Shown here one piece after another: positions 58,653-64,000 of a stretch of DNA of 64,000 nt; the stretch's first letter is position 1, and every line of letters begins with the position of its first letter. A model generated the notes under the pieces. It was not told where the DNA came from and searched no databases. It saw only the letters and a program-made list of their open reading frames with translations. Origin of the DNA: a virus (taxonomy: Duplodnaviria; Caudoviricetes); the IMG/VR virus record IMGVR_UViG_3300029288_000151, positions 10,666 to 74,665 of that record. The stretch is one strand, 5' to 3'. The position numbers were made by a program, and so were the translations under genes.

Positions 58653-59450
58653 TTAGGGGATAGCTTCCCAGTCGGCCTCAATAACCTTAGAATCTGTTTT
58701 GGCTTCTTCTACTATTTTACCAAGTTCTTTAGTAGAAGTAGCTTTCTGCATCTTCTCAATTGTCTTGCGCAATTCGGCCAAATGGGTGGAAACGTCTGCA
58801 CTGCTCTTCTGCTTGAGAGCAGCGGCTTTCTTGTACTGTTCTTTCCTTGTGACCGCAAAGGACTCAAGGATCTGCAACCTACGCTTGTTGAGCTTTTCCT
58901 TGATCTCCAGTAAAGGATGAGGGATTGTGCTCTCCATTACCTTCTCTTCGCTTTCTGTCCTTATCGTAGTCAACAATCTTGGTCCGTCTTCTTTGTCGCC
59001 GGATAAAGCCACATTGGCCCGATAGCCAAGGAGGTCTATCTCGACCAATTCATTAACCAGAACCATCTCATAGGTATTTTGCGGATCAACATCGAGGCTC
59101 TGAACATATTCCTTTGTCTGAACCCGGATGTAATTGGACTCCAGAGGGCATGCTCTCCCGACGGGCCACCGTTCTGTTATCGGACACCTAACTCCCATCG
59201 GGCACTTATGCGGCGAAGCACAGAGCATCGGCACGAAGGCAGAGACGCCTGTCTTCATCCGGCGCACATGATTCATGAACCTTTGTGCTTCCTGAGGCGT
59301 CATCTTGATGTCACTGTAATCGTCTAGATCTATATCAAGGAAATCAAACATCTTGGTTCTGGATAAAGAACCATCCTGTTTAATCAAGGTGCCATCAAGC
59401 TTTATAATGGCGACATCATCCATCTTGCCCGAATTAACTCCACCCATCAA
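58653..59450 (-). CDS. Four-Cys (possible zinc-binding) helical protein; possible small terminase
   Basis: C-x5-C-x5-C-x11-C, then a helical Lys/Glu-rich part; nearest plausible TerS-sized gene upstream of terL (inference only). Confidence 0.4.
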   Translation of the reverse strand: MMGGVNSGKMDDVAIIKLDGTLIKQDGSLSRTKMFDFLDIDLDDYSDIKMTPQEAQRFMNHVRRMKTGVSAFVPMLCASPHKCPMGVRCPITERWPVGRACPLESNYIRVQTKEYVQSLDVDPQNTYEMVLVNELVEIDLLGYRANVALSGDKEDGPRLLTTIRTESEEKVMESTIPHPLLEIKEKLNKRRLQILESFAVTRKEQYKKAAALKQKSSADVSTHLAELRKTIEKMQKATSTKELGKIVEEAKTDSKVIEADWEAIP

Positions 59451-59887
59451 AAGGCCTCCAGTGCTATAGTTACCGTGTCTCCGATCTTGTATTCAGTCAT
59501 CTTTCTCTCGTATTTTCCAAATTCTTCCATAAGAGAAGAGTTATCCACCTTCCCATAATCAAAAAGCGAACAAAAGAAAAGCTTTTCCCGGATCTTCTTC
59601 TGCTCCCATGTCAGGCGTGGGCGACAACCTTCTGGAATTTTAGAAAATTTACGATAATATCTTTCCGATTCTGTATACTCTTCTTCTGTTTCATCCGCTC
59701 CGCCAAAATAAGTAGGCGAGATATAAGCAGTGTTAGGCTGACACCAGCTTCTGTCCTCGCATGAGAGGAACAGTTGTCTCGCCTCTTCTCTTCTAGCTTC
59801 TTCGTGCTTTGTAAACTGTTCTTCGTCCAGGATTATCCAATCCCATACGCCCGCTTCTGTTTTATCCCATATCTGATAACGAGTCAT
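59447..59887 (-). CDS. Hypothetical protein
   Basis: 146 aa, coupled to neighbours. Confidence 0.7.
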   Translation of the reverse strand: MTRYQIWDKTEAGVWDWIILDEEQFTKHEEARREEARQLFLSCEDRSWCQPNTAYISPTYFGGADETEEEYTESERYYRKFSKIPEGCRPRLTWEQKKIREKLFFCSLFDYGKVDNSSLMEEFGKYERKMTEYKIGDTVTIALEAF

Positions 59888-59888
59888 G

Positions 59889-60209
59889 CTACTTCACCTG
59901 TTGGCAAAACAAGATTCGGTGCAGAGAGATATCACTAAGCACTCCTGTAAGCGCAGGCTCAATGAAGAAATCATCGTATTGTACGCCGCATAATGCCCAA
60001 TCAAACCAATGATCGGGATCCTTCTCGGGGACCAAGAACAGGCGAAACTCTGGGCCTCCTTTAAAAGGATAAAAATAACCACGGCCTCCGAAACCCTTCC
60101 TGGCTTCCTCAAAGTTTGGATAGATGGCCACAAGATAGTCTAGGAAGGTATTCTCTTCCCGAGCTACGCAAAACCAAGCATAACTTTTCCCCGGTTCAAA
60201 AGAGATCAT
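59889..60209 (-). CDS. Hypothetical protein
   Basis: 106 aa, 1-nt overlap with the upstream gene. Confidence 0.65.
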   Translation of the reverse strand: MISFEPGKSYAWFCVAREENTFLDYLVAIYPNFEEARKGFGGRGYFYPFKGGPEFRLFLVPEKDPDHWFDWALCGVQYDDFFIEPALTGVLSDISLHRILFCQQVK

Positions 60210-60502
60210 TATCGCCTGATCCTTACAAAGGCAGTGGCATCAAAGAATCTAGCAAAGATATAGAGAGGCATCTCACAGACCATATTACCTTTCAGGATGG
60301 AAATCCAACCAGAATGCTCATCTACGTTAGCGACCCTATAAGCCGTGCCAACATCAAAAGCCTCAATGCCTTTTGTTTTACAAACGGCCGGGGAGCCAGG
60401 AACTATCTTTAGCTCACAAGTTGCATCGTTAGGATGAACAACCCACCACTGTTCGCCCTCAACAAGAGGATAATCCATTGGGTCTATTTTTAGATATGCC
60501 AT
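60209..60502 (-). CDS. Hypothetical protein
   Basis: 97 aa; GGAG RBS. Confidence 0.7.
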   Translation of the reverse strand: MAYLKIDPMDYPLVEGEQWWVVHPNDATCELKIVPGSPAVCKTKGIEAFDVGTAYRVANVDEHSGWISILKGNMVCEMPLYIFARFFDATAFVRIRR

Positions 60503-60510
60503 CTTTACTC

Positions 60511-60789
60511 CTACTTACATTTGCTGGCCCAATTATCATTGAGCCAACATATCAGAGTTATTACATTATCTCCATTGTTGCGCAAGAATAAGTCTTTAGC
60601 CAATTTGGCATAATGACAATCTGCGCCTTCGGCCCTGTTGTTGGTAAACCATTCCCAACGAGCCAGCATGCCCTTCTCGTCTCCAAGTTCTTCTTTGAGC
60701 TTTACTAATTGATTCAAGGTCTCGGGCTTGAGCAATTCGTCGAGGATCTTCCTTAGCCGGTTAAGTAAAAATGTCGGGTCTTCGTGCAT
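60511..60789 (-). CDS. Hypothetical protein
   Basis: 92 aa; AAGG RBS. Confidence 0.65.
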   Translation of the reverse strand: MHEDPTFLLNRLRKILDELLKPETLNQLVKLKEELGDEKGMLARWEWFTNNRAEGADCHYAKLAKDLFLRNNGDNVITLICWLNDNWASKCK

Positions 60790-60808
60790 AATAGCACCTT
60801 TTGCGCAA

Positions 60809-61177
60809 TTAGCGTCTTCGTGGGATACGCTCCAATATAGTATCGATCTTCTCTCTTTGTACAGATTGTTCTTTCTTTATTTCCTGCAAAGTAGCTTTTG
60901 TATTATCAATACATTCCTGTATCTTCGTAAACTCTTCTCTCTTCGCAAAAGTCTCTCTGGCAAGTACCATGACGTCTGACTTGCTTACATTAATCTTCTC
61001 TTGAATAGAGACCTGTTGATTATTGGCCCATACCACGGCACTCGCTATCATCCCAACGATAACAAGAATAATTGGAGCTAGCTTAAGCCAAATAGAAGAG
61101 CTTCCGTTTGAATTTCTTTCTGGACCCATTGAGTTCCTCTCTTCTCGGCTTCTCCCATTAACGAGTAGATATTTCAA
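60809..61177 (-). CDS. Single-pass membrane protein with coiled coil (holin-like/hemolysin-like)
   Basis: LAPIILVIVGMIASAVVWA helix followed by a coiled coil; the start may be the ATG at 61129. Confidence 0.55.
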   Translation of the reverse strand: MKYLLVNGRSREERNSMGPERNSNGSSSIWLKLAPIILVIVGMIASAVVWANNQQVSIQEKINVSKSDVMVLARETFAKREEFTKIQECIDNTKATLQEIKKEQSVQREKIDTILERIPRRR

Positions 61178-61214
61178 AGCCGATTCCCCTTTTACATTTT
61201 AGTAACACATCTCC

Positions 61215-61592
61215 TTACTGCCCGCCAAGAAGAAACCGCTTTTCCTTGGCCTTCTCTTCGACCGGAATATGAATCCTCAGGATCCCTTCGTCAAGCGAAA
61301 CTTTCGCTCTCTCAACATCCATTGCTTCTTTGAGCGCGATAGACCTATCGATATTACACTTGAATTTGTCGGTGATGTCCTGGCGTGTGATGTTGGAGCC
61401 CTGAATTCGAAGAGTATGGCCTTCATTCCATATCTTGAGGTCTTCTTTCTTGAACCCTGCCAGGGCAAACTGAAGCTCTACCGCTAAAGGATTGTTTTCT
61501 TTATCAAAAATTGGAAGGAAGGAGCCTGGCGGCTTAGGATCGTTCGGCCAATAATAAAAAAACACATCTATAACATTCTGCTGGATAAACAT
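61215..61592 (-). CDS. Small heat-shock protein (Hsp20/alpha-crystallin)
   Basis: FALAGFKKEDLKI...LRIQG...AKVSLDEGILRIHIP. Confidence 0.9.
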   Translation of the reverse strand: MFIQQNVIDVFFYYWPNDPKPPGSFLPIFDKENNPLAVELQFALAGFKKEDLKIWNEGHTLRIQGSNITRQDITDKFKCNIDRSIALKEAMDVERAKVSLDEGILRIHIPVEEKAKEKRFLLGGQ

Positions 61593-61659
61593 ATTTGTTC
61601 AGCCTCCTCAATCGGTAACACATATGATCTAAATAGACCAGTGCTCACATCTACCAAGA

Positions 61660-61688
61660 TTTATATCATGGTTGATTGATTCGGCCAA
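61660..61688 (-). promoter_or_regulatory. Sigma70-type promoter for the left sHSP gene
   Basis: TTGGCC-17 bp-TATAAA with TG extension. Confidence 0.5.
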
Positions 61689-61705
61689 AACTTGTCTCTG
61701 AGAGA

Positions 61706-62152
61706 TTAGAAGCGGTTTACCGGCTGATTTGATTCGAGGATTGTTGAACCCATAAGAGAAGCTCCGGCGACGCCAGAACCGAGAACTGAGGCCTGCCACA
61801 TACCAGGGAGTCTGTTCCCTTGCGCCATTTTGCCGAAGTACCCTTCCGCCCAACCACTGGCGTATCTTCCTGGAGCACCAAGTCTTCCAGCAAACCTCTT
61901 GCCCCAAAACGCGCCTACTCCGGGATGGCGTCCCAAAGCTCCAAGGGCAGCACCGACGCCAGCGCCTCCGAGTTGACTCTGGTCTCCTTCCATAAAGGCC
62001 CCGCCAAGCATGCTGGCACCGAGGCCGACTGCCGCGCCTCTCCCCGCACCCCCAAGATAATTACGCGCGCCAGCGGGGATCCTATTCCAGACGTTGCTGG
62101 CGGCCATCCCATAGACTCCGCTTCTTCTTCCCAGCATATTAAGCAACCCCAT
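61706..62152 (-). CDS. Glycine-zipper protein
   Basis: GAGRGAAVGLGASMLGG, GAGVGAALGALG; GGAG RBS. Confidence 0.7.
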   Translation of the reverse strand: MGLLNMLGRRSGVYGMAASNVWNRIPAGARNYLGGAGRGAAVGLGASMLGGAFMEGDQSQLGGAGVGAALGALGRHPGVGAFWGKRFAGRLGAPGRYASGWAEGYFGKMAQGNRLPGMWQASVLGSGVAGASLMGSTILESNQPVNRF

Positions 62153-62161
62153 AATTTCTCC

Positions 62162-62260
62162 TTAACAGAACTTCTGGCCCGCGCATCCCGCGCAGTTATT
62201 GGGTCTGTCATTATTTTTGGGTTTAGAAGACTTCAACACTCTCGGTTTATTTTTCTTCAT
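62162..62260 (-). CDS. 32-aa basic peptide, probably leaderless
   Basis: MKKNKPRVLKSSKPKNNDRPNNCAGCAGQKFC; ATG 6 nt after TGcTATCAT; the stop abuts the RBS of the next gene. Confidence 0.5.
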   Translation of the reverse strand: MKKNKPRVLKSSKPKNNDRPNNCAGCAGQKFC

Positions 62261-62266
62261 ACGACA

Positions 62267-62275
62267 ATGATAGCA
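62267..62275 (-). promoter_or_regulatory. Extended -10 promoter (TGcTATCAT)
   Basis: Predicted +1 coincides with the ATG at 62260. Confidence 0.5.
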
Positions 62276-62282
62276 CAAATTA

Positions 62283-62319
62283 AATTGACCGGAAAGCTTT
62301 TTGGGCGATCCGGTCAATT
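62283..62319 (-). terminator. Probable terminator after the right sHSP gene
   Basis: Perfect 11-bp inverted repeat AATTGACCGGA/TCCGGTCAATT, followed by TAATTT on the minus strand. Confidence 0.7.
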
Positions 62320-62354
62320 GGCTGAGGGGCCATGAAACGCAATTCAAATATAGC

Positions 62355-62780
62355 TCATTCTTTGCCGAAGAGCAACTTCTTTTCAGAAGCAATTTCCTTC
62401 ATTGGAATATAGACAGACAGAATACCGTCTTCGAATTTTATATCAATTTTGCTCGTATCCAGATTCTTTTGCAGAACGACTTTCTTTTCAAATCTGCTCT
62501 TGAAGCGTTCAGAGATATCCCTTTCTCTGTTATCCCCGTAGATGTAGAGCTTATCCCCTTCCAGCGAAACACTAAGGTCCTCTTTTCTGTAGCCCGCCAC
62601 GGCAACTTCCACCTGTGCTCCAATCAGGTTCTTTTCTTTATAGATCGGCCGAACGGACATTGGGGGTTTGGTGTCTGACTGCGGCCAATCGTAGAAGAAC
62701 AGTCTGATGAATTCATCAAGGTCTGCAAATGGGGAAATGAACGGGGCTAGATTACACTCTCTCTTTTGGAAATAAACCAT
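62355..62780 (-). CDS. Small heat-shock protein (Hsp20/alpha-crystallin)
   Basis: VAVAGYRKEDLSVSLEGDKLYIYG...IKFEDGILSVYIP; AGGAGG RBS. Confidence 0.92.
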   Translation of the reverse strand: MVYFQKRECNLAPFISPFADLDEFIRLFFYDWPQSDTKPPMSVRPIYKEKNLIGAQVEVAVAGYRKEDLSVSLEGDKLYIYGDNRERDISERFKSRFEKKVVLQKNLDTSKIDIKFEDGILSVYIPMKEIASEKKLLFGKE

Positions 62781-62838
62781 GATTTGCCTCCTAAAGCTTC
62801 ATGCTCTGGGGGTCTACATGACCCCGAGTTCAAGACAA

Positions 62839-62866
62839 ATTATAACCACTGATTTTTTCTTGTCAA
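62839..62866 (-). promoter_or_regulatory. Consensus sigma70 promoter for the right sHSP gene
   Basis: TTGACA-16 bp-TATAAT, both hexamers perfect. Confidence 0.8.
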
Positions 62867-63026
62867 GAAGCCAAAGGCTTTGCCGCCCAAGAATCTGAAG
62901 GGACTGTACCAGGAGTGTATAACATATTCGTCCTTATCCTCTTTTATGCAAAGTTTAGAGAAAACCAGAATACTCTCTGTTAAAAGAATAGCATATTCCA
63001 ACAGAAAGAAACAATCTATTTTCCTA

Positions 63027-63055
63027 TTGACCTTCCTCTGCTGCTGTATTATTAA
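63027..63055 (+). promoter_or_regulatory. Possible promoter for the HNH gene
   Basis: TTGACC-17 bp-TATTAA, 9 nt before an ATG that lacks an SD. Confidence 0.35.
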
Positions 63056-63064
63056 TATAAGACA

Positions 63065-63739
63065 ATGGATTCTAAAACAAAGCAAAGAAGCACCTGGGTG
63101 TCAAAAAACGGTCCTTGTGTCATCTGTGGCTCTGAGGAAGAGCTGAACATCCATCATATGGATCCAGACTTAAAAACAGCAGAAAAGATTTGGGGCCTTC
63201 CCTTTGAGAAGAGGGAGGAAGAATTATCTAGATGTATCGTCGTTTGCCACGAATGTCATGTCGACATCCACTCCTCTCTTAGACGACAGAAAAGAAAGAC
63301 TCGAATTCATCCTGATCGTGCTACTCTTTTATGCAGGCATTGCGGAGAAGAAAAGCCAATTGGCTCTAAGAAAGAAAACCTTTGCGAAACATGCTGGAAA
63401 CAAGAAAAGAGACATAAAAGTTACATTATCTGCAAAGATTGCGGAGAGAAGAAACATCCGTATACCACTTCTTTGTGCAACGCTTGCTACTCAAAAAGAA
63501 GAAGGAAGGATCCACCAAAGAGAAGACAGGTCATTTGTAGAGTATGTGGAGAGAACAAATATCATGAAGCAGATAACATGTGCAAAAGTTGTTATATTAA
63601 AGAATACAGAAAACGCGCACCCCTCATCTCGTGCCTTTCTTGCGGAGAAAGGAGACAGAACCACTCGGGAGGTTTGTGCGCGACTTGTTATATGAGACAG
63701 AAACGATTAAAAGCAAAATCCTCAGAAACCCAAAATTGA
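63065..63739 (+). CDS. Free-standing HNH endonuclease with four C-terminal C4 zinc-finger repeats
   Basis: CVICG...IHH...CIVVCHECHVDIH, then four CxxCGE-x8-12-CxxC repeats. Confidence 0.85.
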   Translation: MDSKTKQRSTWVSKNGPCVICGSEEELNIHHMDPDLKTAEKIWGLPFEKREEELSRCIVVCHECHVDIHSSLRRQKRKTRIHPDRATLLCRHCGEEKPIGSKKENLCETCWKQEKRHKSYIICKDCGEKKHPYTTSLCNACYSKRRRKDPPKRRQVICRVCGENKYHEADNMCKSCYIKEYRKRAPLISCLSCGERRQNHSGGLCATCYMRQKRLKAKSSETQN

Positions 63740-63939
63740 GAAAAATATTTTTTAGAAGAACTCACCCCCTAAAAATCCTTCTATAAACCGAAAACAGAAA
63801 CTCAATTTTTTAGAAAATGTAACCTAGTGAACATTCATTAGGGTCATTGCTTTACATTTACGTTTCGTGGCCACCCGGTCGGAATTCTCAAACAATATCA
63901 GTGTATTACTCGCTGGTATCCAACGAAAGGGAGTGTGTG

Positions 63940-64000
63940 ATGCGTATTTCTAACTGGACAATGCCTACTGACAAACAGATCGACGAGTACCTGAAGATGT
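63940..64000 (+). CDS. Start of an ORF running off the right edge
   Basis: GGGAG RBS, then ATG CGT ATT TCT..., open to base 64000. Confidence 0.5.
   Translation, partial: MRISNWTMPTDKQIDEYLKM

Noticed and set aside
62781-62830. RNA thermometer in the sHSP 5' UTR
   Set aside because: The GGGGTC/GACCCC stem lies upstream of the AGGAGG and does not pair with it; more likely a 5' stabilising hairpin.
62840-63085. 81-aa minus and 88-aa plus ORFs in the divergent promoter region
   Set aside because: They overlap promoter elements, lack RBS or motifs, and have low-complexity composition.
1-64000. Stop-codon reassignment, as in some large phages
   Set aside because: Long ORFs are unbroken in the standard code, and TAA, TAG and TGA all end tightly packed genes.
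1-64000. tRNA, rRNA or group I/II intron
   Set aside because: Intergenic gaps are short and show no cloverleaf or intron-like interruption; all large insertions are in-frame inteins.

Overview
Window from a large tailed bacterial phage with a contractile tail. Standard genetic code, strong AGGAGG-type ribosome-binding sites. Nearly the whole window is one minus-strand virion morphogenesis module. In transcription order (right to left): two small heat-shock proteins, small hypotheticals, a nuclease-kinase fusion, glycine-zipper proteins, large terminase, portal fused to a MuF-like domain, prohead protease/scaffold, decoration protein, major capsid, Ig-like and fibre proteins, neck, tail sheath, three tube paralogs, two chaperones, a tape-measure-like protein, a 1489-aa protein, baseplate hub, spike, wedge and fibre proteins. 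Four endonuclease-containing inteins sit in the portal, the protease and (two) the tape-measure-like protein; the terminase has none. Main result: the 1489-aa protein between the tape measure and the hub looks like a second tape measure, but by eye it carries ordered motifs of both catalytic barrels of a two-barrel RNA polymerase (beta-like VYLREKYRMQEG..GKMFGDATK; beta'-like GRHP...ADYDKD). It is therefore a candidate single-chain, possibly virion-delivered RNAP. Second result: a 900-aa protein with apparently intact thermonuclease and protein-kinase domains, each bracketed by a repeated EGIHP...SDFGSG linker. All assignments come from motif recognition and gene order; no database searches were run.
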